Program-made: the position numbers and the translations under genes
Origin: Eledone cirrhosa
Lineage: Eukaryota
Length of the DNA stretch: 64,000 nt
Direction of reading: 5' to 3'
Assembly (NCBI GenBank): GCA_964016885.1
Contig: OZ024745.1
Coordinates: 127,472,001-127,536,000, forward strand
Notes under the pieces: model-generated
The model's database searches: none
Seen by the model: the letters and a program-made list of their open reading frames with translations, nothing else
Told to the model about the DNA's origin: nothing
Shown here: in pieces, positions 1 through 13,845 of the stretch
Numbering within the stretch: position 1 is the first letter of the stretch
Layout of the letters: every line of letters starts with the position of its first letter

Positions 1-208
1 CATTGGTTGAGTTAACATCTGCTTCAAATATATCCTCAACAGCAGCTGCATATACCTGTAATTAGTCCTGGATAGTTCCGTACTCTTAGCATCAAGAAAC
101 AACATCGATAATCAATACAAATCTACCAATGGCATCAACAACAAAAACAGTATCGAATTAAAGACAGAACTTTTATGGGACAGAACAATTAAGTTTCCCT
201 AGTGTTGG

Positions 209-362
209 TGACCACAGTTTAGTATCCATAGGGTGCAAGGCACTGGAGACTTCTTACCCCAGTCTCGGTCACCACAAGTTTAGTATCCATAGGGTGTAAG
301 GCACTGGAGACTTCTTACCTCAGTCTCGGTCACCACAAGTATGGTGAAAGTCACTGGAGACT
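209..362. repeat. ~61-bp tandem repeat, about 2.5 copies
   Basis: tttagtatccatagggtg.aagggcactggagacttcttacc.cagtctcggtcaccacaag is repeated. Confidence 0.8.
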
Positions 363-1035
363 TTCACTTTCCCCAGTTCAATATACGTATGGTGAAAGTC
401 ATTAGAGACTCGCTCTCTTGCACCACACACAAATGCCATCCCCCGTTGAGACTTTCAGCGAAAGTAATATAGTTATATAATTGCCTTTAATATAAGTAAA
501 AACCTTGATCATGTCTGGAATGAAAACCTCTCAGCTAAGTGGTCCATCTATGGCCCCTATCAAGTTTTCATTTCTTAGATGGAAGGTTTCCTGCTAGACT
601 GCTCCATCGTAGTTTGTTTTGTCGTAACTCTTTATGATACACATTCTCGTAAGTTTGCTGTACTCCAAGGTTTGCCAATGTCCTTTAAACTCTTTCTTCT
701 TCATAGTAACGACCCAGTTGTTGTTACATCTAGTCACGCACACTTAAAAGTAAACCATATTATTCAATCTTATTTAACTTTCCGACCCAACAATCATTTA
801 CAAGGTATTTAGACACCTCGTGCCAGACATTGACAGTTTCCTATAAGAGACACCGAAAGGATATTCCAATGGAGACGGGACACTATAGTATCCATAATGA
901 CACAAAAGCCAATCACGGCTCATATCAAGAAAGCCATCTTGCGCTAGACCTTCCCTAAGTATGAACAACACACAATTAAAATAAAAGAAGTCATTAAAAA
1001 ATTAAATCCCGTATTATATATGATGACCCTAAATA

Positions 1036-1400
1036 CAAGGGGTTGCCGAAATGTTCCTGGTTTTAAGGGTATAGTGAAAGATAGAGCTGTTACATTTACA
1101 GGGGAGGTGTGACAGCTCCAATAAGTTGAATATAATCATAATTAACTGAACCTCCAATATTTTCTTTTAACTGATCCTCCTGTATTTTCTTTTAACTGAT
1201 CCTCCTATATTTTATTTTAACTGATCCTCCTGTATTTTATTTTAACTGATCCTTCTATATTTTCTTTTAACTGATCCTCTTGTATTTTCTTTTAACTGAT
1301 CCTCCTATATTTTCTTTTAACTGATTCTCCTATATTTTCTTTTAACTGATCCTCCTGTATTTTCTTTTACCCAAAGCAAGGAACTTTCAGCACTCACACG
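1036..1400. mobile_element. Degenerate mariner-type MITE enclosing a 25-bp minisatellite
   Basis: Imperfect TIRs (tgccgaaatgttcctggtttt / aaagcaaggaactttcagca) and TA flanks. Confidence 0.45.
1143..1370. repeat. 25-bp minisatellite, about 9 copies
   Basis: Unit ttttaactgatcctcct(a/g)tattttc. Confidence 0.9.
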
Positions 1401-2308
1401 TATATAACATTGCCAAAATACAGCCATCTTTCCTTCCGCAACAAGAAAATATTTCAGCTATGATAAGCTGCTGATCTTTCTACAAAGGCGAAGAGTGATC
1501 TATATGAGAGTACGATTGCTATAAATTCAAATACCCGAGATCTCTCCACCCTAAATGTTCGATACCTTGGCAAAACCTTATTCTCTAACATAATTCAACC
1601 GATGCCTTATACATCCGCTAGTCCTCCTCTATATATCTTCAACGTTTCTTACAACGTCCTTTGCTCTTTCTGCTAGCTAGTTGTATACACTACAGTCTCA
1701 GACAATCCATACCCGCCTGTCCTCTTTTATACAGTAATTCATCTCCATCTCAGACACCGAGAAACTTCTTCAATCATTCCTTATCAGGAATGTAATCCTT
1801 TTGGAATTGTCCCCACGCCATCATTTTTCAAAAAAGGGAGCTGTGTCAGATTATAAAAGTACAAACTTAACAATCTTATCGATTTTAATCTCCATGGAAG
1901 GGTCTGTGAAATGTCTTTCCTCGCCCCATTAATTTGAAATACATAACCGCCATCACGACTAATTGCTACAGCAATATAGGCGACGATGACGATGGGGGTG
2001 ATGGTGATGGTGGGGATGGTGATGGTGGGGATGGAGGTGATGACTATGGCGACGACAATGATGTTGGTGATGGCGATAGTGGTGATGACGAAGGCGGCGA
2101 AGACTGACGATAGCGAGACGACAATGGCGGGACGTGGTGGGGATGACAAGGACAACGATACTGGTGACGAAGACAAAGGTGACGACGGCGGTGACGACGG
2201 CGTTGGCGACCATGACAACGGCGATGACCTTTTACTTTACTTTGTCCTACAGTTGGAAATAGGTAAATAAATATATACAGGGTGGTCCGAAAGTCTTGTC
2301 ACCCTTAC

Positions 2309-2467
2309 ACGCCATGCTTTGCAGCAAAGAGTTACGGCCCTTTATGATCTGAGTTCAAATCCCACCGAAGTTAACTTTGCCTTTCATCCTTACGGGGTCG
2401 ATAAAATAAAGTACCAGTAATGCACTGAGTAATTGCTGGCCTTGTGCCAAAAGTGGAAACAATTATT
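2309..2467 (+). mobile_element. tRNA-derived SINE, 5'-truncated
   Basis: Same family: B box through the GAAACAATTATT tail. Confidence 0.85.
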
Positions 2468-2514
2468 TTTTGTTTCGATAATATAATATATAATATCATT
2501 AATTATAATATAAG

Positions 2515-2735
2515 GGGCGGTGGATTGGCAGTATCGGTAGAGGGTCGGACGCCATACTTTTCAGCATATTTACGTCCCTTTACGATCTGAGTTCAAATCC
2601 CGCCGAGGTTGACTTTGCCTTTCATCCTTACGGGGTCGATAAAATAAAGTACCAGTCCTCCCCTGGGGTCAATTTAATCGACTTTCTCCTACCCCAAATT
2701 GCTTGCCTTGTGCTTATAGTAGAAACAATTAATTA
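2515..2735 (+). mobile_element. tRNA-derived SINE, full length
   Basis: A box TGGCAGTATCGG, B box GTTCAAATCC, central CTTTGCCTTTCATCCTTACGGGGTCGATAAA, 3' GTAGAAACAATT and an AT-rich tail. Confidence 0.9.
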
Positions 2736-2899
2736 TAATATATAATGATAATAAAATAATTTTCTTTTTGGTAGGGGGTGACAAGACTTTCGTACCACCT
2801 TGTACATATACACCAGGTCAGAACACAAAGGAACCAAAGTCCCACACTCACTGCCTGCATTTCTCCCGCTCTCCTCATCTCTCACTATTATGAGCAAAT

Positions 2900-3110
2900 G
2901 GGGGCCCACGCGCTGGAGCTCTGCGGCCCCGGCGGAGCGAATAGAAAAGGCGTTTCTCAGGAGGTTAGTGAGAGAGACGCGCCGGAAGATCCATTCCAGC
3001 TCGCGAGGCCCGCACTTGCGTGTAGCCAATTTTGTGCCGATGGTGGTGAGTAGGGAGGTGGCCCTAGGGCCAAAGACACCAGAAGTCTCTAATGGAAATA
3101 GTGCGGAATT
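2900..3110 (-). mobile_element. CRE-clade non-LTR retrotransposon C-terminal remnant
   Basis: FPLETSGVFGPRATSLLTTIGTKLATRKCGPRELEWIFRRVSLTNLLRNAFSI resembles the CRE-type ET.G..G...W..QR.S.A..RGNA terminus. Confidence 0.55.
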
Positions 3111-3211
3111 TGTGTTTTGGGTTTATATGTGTGGTAAGGAAGACGATGTGTTGGAAGCGAGTTTAGATTGTTTGGTAGATTCTCGTTGACCCCTGGGGTG
3201 ATGGAAGGGGT

Positions 3212-4490
3212 CAGACCATCACCAGCACTACCACCACCACCACCACCACCACTACCACCACCACCACCACCACCACCACCACCAACACCAACACCAACAC
3301 CATCTCCACCACAACCAACAACACCAACACCACCAAAACAACACCACCCCAACAACACCACCACCACCACCACCAACACCAACAACACCAACACGAACAC
3401 CAACACCATCTCCACCACCACCAACAACACCAACACCACCAAAACAACACCACCCCAACAACAACACCACCACCAACACCAACAACACCACCATCACAAC
3501 CACAACCACCGCCACCAACACCACCACCAACAACGACACTAACACCCCCACCACCACCACCACCACCACCACCACCACCACAAACAACAACAACACCACC
3601 ACCACCACCACCACCACCAACAACAACACCACCACCAACACCAACACCACCACCACCAACACCACCACCAACACCACCATCACCACCACCACCACCAACA
3701 CCACCACTAACACCACCACCACCAACGCCACCACCAACACCAACACCACTACCAACACCACCACCAGCAACATCACCATCACCACCACCACCACCACCAC
3801 CACCAACAACAACACCGACACCACCACCACCAACACCACCACCAACACCACCACCACCAACAACAACACCAATACCACCATCACCACCAACACCACCACC
3901 GCCAACACCAACACCACCACCAACACCACCATCACTATCACCTCCAACACCAACACCACCACCACCACCACCAACATCACCACCACCACCACCACCACCA
4001 CCACCATCACCACCACCACCATCACCACCACCACCACCACCACCACCACCACCACCACCACCACCAACACCACCACCACCACCACCATCACCACCACCAC
4101 CACCACCACCAACACCAACACCACCACCACCACCAATAACAACATCCACAGTGTACCGCAAAACCAAACCATATTGTCAACAGAGGACATATCGTTATAT
4201 TCTACAAATGATTAACAAATATCACAATAGACGCCATTATTTATTGATAATGACGTCAGAGCCGTTGTCACTGACAATCCCCAGCACCCTACCGTTTCTT
4301 GTCATCTCCACGACCACAAACTACACACACCATCACCACCATTACCACGACAACAAACACCACCATCACAACTACCACCACCTACCACCTCAACCATCAC
4401 CACCACCACTACCACCACGACCACCACCAGCACGACACCACTACCACCACCACCACTACCACCATCACCACCACAACCATCACAACCAAT
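3212..4490. repeat. (CCA)/(CAA) trinucleotide-derived low-complexity tract
   Basis: Direct inspection. Similar tracts at 11050-11930, 16605-16985 and 55180-55330. Confidence 0.9.
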
Positions 4491-4556
4491 AAATGCCAAT
4501 ATCTCCATTTTCACTACCACACACAATAATACACACACACATATATATATATATGC

Positions 4557-4590
<34 letters not shown>

Positions 4591-6669
4591 TACTCAGCTG
4601 TAGAAATGAGATGAGGAGGTACGGGCCTGCCCGCCCAGCCAGTGGGATGGCGTTATCTTATGGCTAAAACAGCACGACGTGCTGTGACCAGCGGCGCCGA
4701 ATGGATGTCCGTCAGACTGGTCGGTAGAGGTGATCAAGGTGATATATATATATATAGGAAAAAGTATGAAAAAATTAGAATTTTTACCCTGGTGAATAAA
4801 TAGCCGAACTTTTCAAGGGGTACTTCCTTATATGGGAAGATTGTAGTTGTCAAAAGGATTGGTTAAAATTTGTTGTAAACACAAATAAGTCTATCATGGC
4901 ATTTGGTGGGAAGTAGGGGTGGCTGAACTTGCCTGTAGAACAATAAGGGAGTGAGTGGAGCGGTCAAGCAATGAAAGTGATATGTATACAGCAGATTCTA
5001 AGGATTGTATGAAGTGGGGGAGGGATTATAGAATAGGTAAATCGAAAGAGAGTAGGAGACAATAAAAGATACTAGAAATAAAAAATATATATATATATAT
5101 AAAAAATATATATATTACACATACATACGTAGCACATCACACAATATGTATAAAGATATGTGATATACATAGAAACACAGAGATACAACATATATCACGT
5201 AGCAACGTTAACATTGGCAACAAGAACAAATTCCAAGAGTAAAGACAACAATTGTAGACCTAATGATTACAAAAGAGAGAGAAGTATATCAACCGGAAGC
5301 AGTGCCATTGTGAACTACAGCAACGCAGCTAATCGCCATAGAGACGATGTTTTGTTTTGTATTTAGTTTTATTGCTTATAAGGTTAGAGTTAGTTAACTA
5401 TAACATGTGAAATTATCGCAGTGCATGCGTGTGTGTGTGTATCTCAGTACATTGGTTGAGGACACACACATACATACATGTACACTTGCACACATACATA
5501 CACACGCACACTCGCATACATATACACACACACTCGCACACACATATGCACACATTAACGCCCGCACACTCACACACACACACACACACTCACACACATA
5601 CAAACACATACACATACGCGCACAAATGCACATACATATATATATACACACACACGTCCACACATATATGCGCACATACTTACCCACGCAAACTCTCTCA
5701 CACACATATATTCGCACACATACATACACATGCACACCACACGCACTCGCACACATGCATACACATGCACACCACACTCGCATGCATACATACACATACA
5801 CACACTCGCCCACACATATATGCACACATACTTACGCCCGCACACTCACACTCACACTCACTCACTCGTACACATACATACACACATGTGCGTAGTTATG
5901 AAGCAAGTTTCTTCACTATACACAAAACAATTTAAGAGCGGGCAAACATAAGTGAAACAACAATACTCAAATCAATGTATTACGCTGTGGAGGACAAAGA
6001 AAGTCAAACTATGACGTTTCGGATAAATGTTTCTTTCTCAAATGAGAAGGATTGAGGAAAATATATGGGGAATAACAATTTGCGTTTGTTTGTAGAAACA
6101 TTAATAAGAATAATGGCGGAACCGTAGAGGGTTTTGACAGAGTTGTGTGTGTTGGGTAGCGTGTTAATGCTAGTGTTGCGATGAAGTGTGTGAGTGACTG
6201 TATGGGTGTATATAAAAGTGGAGAGTGTGTGAAAGGAAGAGACAAACTGTGGGGGTGGAGGTAGTGGTAGTGATTCAGGCGTTATTGATTTAATAGCGCA
6301 GTAGGGTGTAAGCGAAGGCGGATGTGATATTGACATAAAATGTATGCGATAATTGACATATGGCATAATGGGTTGTATTTATATTGTCCTTGTATGATAA
6401 CAGTATGTGATTGATGTAGAAGGACTTAACTTTCAGCATAATATCAATCATCCATTTGTCTTTGTTGCATGGGTCCCACTCGAAACATATATTGCCAATG
6501 GTAGCCAGTGTATAACTGGAGGAGTGTTGACGTATGAGCTGACTTGGAGAGGGCTCAGTGGTGGAAGTTATTGGGGCGAGTTGCTGATATTAGACATATC
6601 AAGCAATATGGTGCAAACAGTCACGTGAATTAAAGCTATTAGATGTGGGATAGAGATAGAACATGTGAG

Positions 6670-8080
6670 ATAGATAGAAGAGGTGAGATAGAGGATGTGA
6701 GAGCGTGTGAGATAGAAATGTGAGATAGATATAGAAGAGGTAAGATAGAGGATGTGAGAGCGTGTGAGATAGAAATGTGAGATAGATATAGAAGAGGTAA
6801 GATAGAGGATGTGAGAGCGTGTGAGATAGAAATGTGAGATAGATATAGAAGAGGTAAGATAGAGGATGTGAGAGCGTGTGAGATAGAAATGTGAGATAGA
6901 TATAGAAGAGGTAAGATAGAGGATGTGAGAGCGTGTGAGATAGAAATGTGAGATAGATATAGAAGAGGTAAGATAGAGGATGTGAGAGCGTGTGAGATAG
7001 AAATGTAAGATAGAGATAGAAGAGGTGAGATGGAGGATGTAATATAGAGGGTGTGAAATAGAGGATGTGAGATAGATGTGAAACAGAGATAGAAGATGTG
7101 AGATAAAGATAAAGGGCGTGATATAGAGATAGAGGGTGTGATATAGAGATAGAGGGTGTTATTTAGAGATAGAGGGTGTGATATAGAGATAGAGGGTGTT
7201 ATTTAGAGATAGAGGTTGTGATATAGAGATAGAGGGTGTGATATAGAGATAGAGGGTGTTATTTAGAGATAGAAGGTGTGATATAGAGATAGAGGGTGTG
7301 ATATAGAGATAGAGGGTGTGATATAGAGATAGAGGGTGTGATATAGAGATAGAGGGTGTGATATAGAGATAGAGGGTGTTATTTAGAGATAGAGGTTGTG
7401 ATATAGAGATAGAGGGTGTGATGTAGAGATAGAGGTTGTGATATAGAGATAGAGGGTGTGATATAGAGATAGAGGGTGTGATATAGAGATAGAGGGTGTG
7501 ATATAGAGATAGAGGGTGTTATTTAGAGATAGAAGGTGTGATATAGAGATAGAGGGTGTGATATAGAGATAGAGGGTGTGATATAGAGATAGAGGGTGTT
7601 ATTTAGAGATAGAGGGTGTGATATAGAGATAGAGGGTGTGATATAGAGATAGAGGGTGTGATATAGAGATAGAGGGTGTTATTTAGAGATAGAGGGTGTG
7701 ATATAGAGATAGAGGGTGTGATATAGAAATAGAGGGTGTGATATAGAGATAGAGGGTGTGATATATAAGTTTTGAGATAGGTGTAGAGGATGTGAGATAT
7801 AGAGATGTGAGACAGAGATAAAGCATGTGATATAGAGATAGATGAGAGAGAGAGAGACAGATGTGATATAGAGATAGATGTGATATAGAGAGTGTGAGGA
7901 GGAAGATGTGAGACAGAGATAGAGGGTATAATATAGAAACAGAGGATGTGAGATATAGATAGATGAGATAGGGATAGAGGATGTGATATAAAATATACGA
8001 GATAGAGATAAAGATAGGTGTGATAGAAAGAGGGGATATGAAATAGAGATAGGGATGTGAGATAGAGATAGGGGATGAGA
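6670..8080. repeat. Purine-rich compound minisatellite (57-bp then 20-bp units)
   Basis: 57-bp unit over about 6690-7030, 20-bp ATATAGAGATAGAGGGTGTG over about 7110-7765, degenerate thereafter. Confidence 0.9.
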
Positions 8081-10206
8081 GATTGTTATCACAGTGAAAA
8101 ATAAACACATATGTTTGCGTGATTGTAACAAGTGGTAGGTAGGGACAAGGTTTGACTAATGGTCGCCGAAATTAGTAAATTGAATTGAAAAATTTGCATC
8201 AGATTAGTAATATTTCTTTTGAAAGATTTACTTATTTGTAAGATTTATTATGCTTGATGAATATAAGGAAGACGAGTCCAGAGCATATTGTGCTAGAAGT
8301 CAGTGACCTCGCACGAGCTCCTTAAAATCGATACTGAGAGGTACCAGTCATGAACTGAAGAGAAAAAGGTATGATATTCTGCGTCAGTAAACCAAAGTGT
8401 TATCTATGTCTTGTGGAGTCTGATATTTTTGGTGATGGGTATTAGAGGAGGAAACCTTTCAGTCGGTTCTTACTGTCAACCCAAGGAAAGTTGTAGCTGG
8501 AAGCAGCATATCAAGAAATGTTGTTATTGTTATTCACTGAATCGGCTCACAACAAAATCTGTTAAAGGCCCAGAAGGCGGGGTTAACCTATATGACACAT
8601 TCTACCTACCATCTAAAACACAACAACAAATAGCTACCGTGAATGTAATTATCGTAGTATGCTTATTACTTTCAGATAGAAGATGGGGAAGGTAAAGGGA
8701 AATGAACAAAACAAAACAAAAAGGAAATAATAAGGGTAAAGAATATTTGAACAGGCTGTTAGAAAATGTCTATTGATAGGGTAAGGGAACGGGAAAACCC
8801 ATCAACAAAAAAATTAGAATGTGAATGTCCTTTAGATCTGTGGATGTCCTTTAGATCTGACATAAATGATAATAGATCTATGAAAATAAAATAAATTATA
8901 TTGTTTGGGAGGGAAAAAGACATAGAAAACCAAACCATTTAAGCTTAGAAATTGTCCTTGTCGTTTTTATTGTTGTTATAAGTGTTGTTGTTTAACCCTT
9001 GGTCAATTTTGATCAAGTATATCTGTGATCAAAAGCATTCCAGTTTTGACCATCCTGGTTTTTTCAGGGATGTGTAGGACTACAATATCAAATGTGTTCT
9101 ACCAATTATTAAACTGGCAAGCTATGATTTGATGGAGATTTGACTGCGACAGCGTGGTAACTTCTTCGATCGCTAGTAACTTTATAAATTACTTTTTTCA
9201 TTCATATTACTTTGATTCAAAAGAAAATAGTAATTTGTTTGTTTCATGTCTTTGGCAATAAATTCGGTTAAAAATGAAACATGATCGATCACCAATACCG
9301 TTTTTCAAGAGCTAACCGCTGTTTTATGGCGTTGATTAAAAAGGCCTAAAAATAAGTGTGCCTTCAAAATATACAAACCATAAAATGATCGAGGAAATGG
9401 GAAGTTTTGTTGTCCATATATTTCCCTATAAACAATTCTTATTGGGAATGCAACCGCAATTGCGTTTAATGAAACTTTGCCTTTAATAATTTCATCTAAA
9501 TCTAAGAGTGATTAGTTAACCAAATAAATTTAAGGACGGAAAAACAGCTCAGAGGTCTGTCATTTGTTTCCAGTCACTAGTGATTTGCTATGCCATTAGA
9601 CGAGATACCTCGCATCAGCTAATGTCCATCTATTTATAAATAGGGGCCACAAGATGATGTAGTCGAACGCTGCAAGCAACGCTGACTGGATAGTAAGACT
9701 AACGAGAATTCCGTTAGTCTAAATCAGAAGCGTTACTCCAGAGGAGTGCTTGAGAAGGTCCAGGGGGCGCTGAGGCCTAAGGAAGTGGTGGGTGGCAGAG
9801 AATATATAATAACATATTAAATATCAAATGATACATATATATAAATATAGTAAAATAAAAAAAATATATAGTATATATTATATTATTTATTATATATCAA
9901 TTAACGATTTTATTTATTATATATTACTAGCAGAAAAACCACCCTGCGCGTGGTTTTCTGCTAGCATGTGTAGTGTGTATATTGATATTATACGCAAGTA
10001 TATATATGCATGTAGATATGATACATCAAATAAAATCGTAATTGACAATATACACAGAAATTGAACGAAGAATGCGTTACACTGTGTTATGTAATCAGTA
10101 ACGTAATCCATGATACATTTAAAAAAGACGATATTATATATAAACTGCATTAGGAGAAAATTAGTGACGGAAATATATGAATGTTTATTTAAGCAATCGC
10201 TAACCG

Positions 10207-10453
10207 GAAGTGTTGACATTTGAAAATTATAAAGAAGTGAATCTTAAAATAAGCCACAAAATTATTTATATTTAATAAAAAATAACGAAATCTAGCAGAT
10301 AAAGTATGTAATATTCATTCATTATTTATTCAAAGTAATGAATGAATATTACATACTTTATCCACTAGATTTCGTTATTTTTTATTAAATATAAATAATT
10401 TTGTGGCTTATTTTAAGATTCACTTCTTTATAATTTTCAAATGTCAACACTTC
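10207..10453. repeat. Near-perfect palindrome with ~118-bp arms and an 11-nt loop
   Basis: GAAGTGTTGACATTTG...CATTA / TAATG...CAAATGTCAACACTTC. Confidence 0.92.
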
Positions 10454-10470
10454 GGGGTCAATTAAGCTAT

Positions 10471-10587
10471 TTGAGTTCAAATCCCGCCGAAGTTAACTTT
10501 GCCTTTCATCCTTACGGGGTCGATAAAATAAAGTACCAGTAATGCACTGGTTAATTGCTGGCCTTGTGCCAAATGTAGAAACAATTA
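10471..10587 (+). mobile_element. tRNA-derived SINE, 5'-truncated
   Basis: Same family from the B box onward. Confidence 0.85.
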
Positions 10588-11440
10588 TTTATTCAAAGTA
10601 ATCCAACTTATTTTACAAACGGGGAAAAAAATATATTCTGGACGCAGTCCCGCACTCCTTACTTTATTATAGTTTAGATTTACAAATTGCATGTAGAGAG
10701 GTCTCGCTTGAAATAGGGTTGCGGCGCTGAGGGTATTACGTTGCCGGGAGGCGGGGTGGTGTCCCCAAAAGTTCGAGAACATCTGGTCTACATCTATCCC
10801 CCATTGTCTATTGCACACGAAGATGTTTAATTCTTGATTTATTTACATATTCAACTACATCCGGGTGAAACTAAACAAACATACTACTGAACCTGAGACA
10901 CTAACATGGAAAATGTGTCGGCGTTTTGAATATTTGAAATAAATACTGACAGCATTCAACTATTTACAATGGTGTCACACTGTCAACCTGACTCGGCATA
11001 TCTTACAGTTAGCACTGGGTTGTTGATAATTATCGCGTTATTGATAACGTTGATGATGATGAGGATGGTGGTGGTGGTGGTGGTGGTGGTGGTGGTGGTG
11101 GTGGTGGTGGTGGTGTTGGTGGTGGTGGTGGTGATAATGGTGGTGGTGGTGGTGGTGGTGGTGTTAATGGTGGTGATGGTGGTGATGGTGGTGGTGGTGG
11201 TGGTGGTGATAATGGTGGTGGTGGTGGTGGTGGTGGTGGTGGTGGTGGTGATAATGGTGGTGGTGGTGGTGGTGGTGGTGGTGGTGTTGAGGATGACGAG
11301 GGTGATGGTGATAGTTTTTACCTTAGTGTAATTGATGACCAAGTCCATCAGCTTGGACCGACGATGACAGAAGAGATGTTCATGATAGTGATGATATTCA
11401 CCACCACCACACCACCATCCTCTTCGTCATCATCACAATT

Positions 11441-11474
<34 letters not shown>

Positions 11475-12387
11475 CCATCACCACCATCATCATCATTAAA
11501 ACCATCATCATCATCATCATCATCATCACCATGATCATCATCCTTCTCATCATTGCCATCACCACCACCACCACCATCACCACCACCATTACCACCACCA
11601 TCATCATAATTAAAACCATCATCATCACCACCACCAGCATCACCACCACCATCACCACCATCACCCCCACCATTACCACCACCATCACAACCACCATTAC
11701 CACCACCACCATCATCACCACCACCATCACAACCACCATTACCACCACCACCATCACCACCATCACCTCCACCACCACCATCACCACCATCACCACCACC
11801 ATCACCACCACCATCACAACCACCATCACCACCACCACCATCACCACCATCACCATCACCATCACCATCACCTCCACCATTACCACCATCACCACCACCA
11901 CCACCATCAACATTATCATCATCATCGTTATTTTCGTCATCTCCGTCGACGACCCCCTCATTTTCGTCCGTTGCCCCGTTTGTCCCCTCGTCAGAAGTGA
12001 TCACACATCAGACGTCACCTTTGTCATATGCTTTTAAACTATTTCTATTCATCTTCCAAACTAACCAGTAACTATGACACCTACTAGAAATAAAAAAAAT
12101 AAGACAGCAACAACAACAAAACTATTAATTAACCTGTTATTGTATTGTTATTACATTCTACTGTAGTGTATTATATTGTCATTTCTTTTTTACGTTTCCT
12201 ATTTCTTTTACGTTTATATATTTTGTGTGGTTGTTTTTTTAACCGGTGAACAAGAGAATTCTGGATAGATAATAACAAACAAAAAATGACAAAAGCGAAA
12301 CAAAAACAACCAAAGAAACTTTGTTGTTGTTGTTGTTGTTGTCATTATTATTAAACAAATAAAGAAAGCATCATCATTATTATTATG

Positions 12388-12559
12388 GGGGTGGTGAATT
12401 GGCAGTATCGGTGGAGGGTCGGATGTCATGCTTTGCAGCAAAGTGTTACGGCCCTTTATGATCTGAGTTCAAATCCCGCCGAGGTTAACTTTGCCTTTCA
12501 TCCTTACGAGGTCGATAAAATAAAGTACCAGTAATGTACTTGTGTCAAAAGTAGAAACA

Positions 12560-12604
<45 letters not shown>

Positions 12605-12605
12605 G
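12388..12605 (+). mobile_element. tRNA-derived SINE with (ATT)n tail
   Basis: A and B boxes, central domain and (ATT)n tail. Confidence 0.9.
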
Positions 12606-13644
12606 TTGTTGTTGATGTTGTTGTTGTTGTTATTATCATTATTGCTATTATTATAAAAAAAAAACATTATTATTATTATTGTTGTTGTTGTCGTTGTTGT
12701 TGTTGTTGATAATAATAGTAATAATAATTATGACAGTGATGAGGACGATGTTTCTGGTGATGATGATGGTGGTGGTGGTGGTAGTGATGATGATGATGAT
12801 GATGATGATAAACTACTTAAAGAGGACATTACAATAAAGAAACAATTTAGAAAATAATAACCTCCCACCTCTTTCAAAACATCATTTTTGTCATATAATC
12901 AGGTTGACCTGGGACTATAATAGACAATAAGAACACCAACAATAATATAGAACAGGCAAACTAGGGATATACGCTGTCACTTGACATGCTAGATATAACA
13001 GTCATGTTTTTAACAGATCCTACCTAACCGTCTTAAAAAAATGAAGACCACATTTAATAATTTATACCTCGATATTATATACCTAGATAAAAACAAAAAA
13101 CGCACAAAAAACAAAAACAAAAACAAAAACAAAAGAAAACAAAACACCAGCGCCACCTATGAACTTTGCATGGCGTCCGATGGAGGAAACGATGAAATCT
13201 GACATCTATGTTGTTTGTTGTTGCATTTCGAAGCAGCTAATTAAAGTATCAAATTATTCTCATAATGAAAATCTGGTTTGAAATACTGGCAAAAGTGTGG
13301 ACTTCGTTAAAGACACTGAAAGGTCAGTTAATTGTATTAAGTGGTTTAAAGTCCGACGGATGTCTTCACCATGTCTGCTCTACTCAATTTTACTAACAAG
13401 GTTTTTGTTGACCAGATCGTTCGAACTTAATGTGGAGCGAACTTTCTAAACTACAAAATCATGCCTGCAACTGTATGAATAAAATCTGTTTCTCTCTCTC
13501 TGTCTCTCTTTCTCTGACTCTCTCTCTCTGTCTTTGACTCTCTCTCTCTATCTCTGACTCTCTCTCTCTCAGTCTCTCTCTGTTTGTCTGCCTCTCACTC
13601 ACTCTCTCTCTCTCTTTCTCTGTCTCTCTCTCAGTATCTCTCTG

Positions 13645-13699
<55 letters not shown>

Positions 13700-13810
13700 G
13701 CCTCTCACTCACTCTCTCTCTCTCTTTCTCTGTCTCTCACTCACTCTCTCTCTCTTTCTCTGTCTCTCTCTCAGTATCTCTCTGCCCCCCCCCCTCTCTC
13801 TCTCTCTCTC

Positions 13811-13845
<35 letters not shown>

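Larger units (their letters stand above)
2278..2802. mobile_element. Tc1/mariner-type MITE containing two SINEs
   Basis: TIRs CAGGGTGGTCCGAAAGTCTTGTCACCCTTAC and GTAGGGGGTGACAAGACTTTCGTACCACCTTG, with TA on both flanks. Confidence 0.7.

Noticed and set aside
2515-2605. SINE heads as true tRNA genes
   Set aside because: A and B boxes are present but no cloverleaf closes, and each head continues into SINE body and tail.
3168-4538. Gly-, Val-, Pro- or His-rich ORFs as structural proteins
   Set aside because: These are translations of (CCA)n/(CAA)n tracts, open in several frames on both strands.
11316-12037. Asp/Gly- or Thr-rich ORFs as an exon
   Set aside because: Trinucleotide repeat with stops in the candidate plus-strand frames and no supporting domain.
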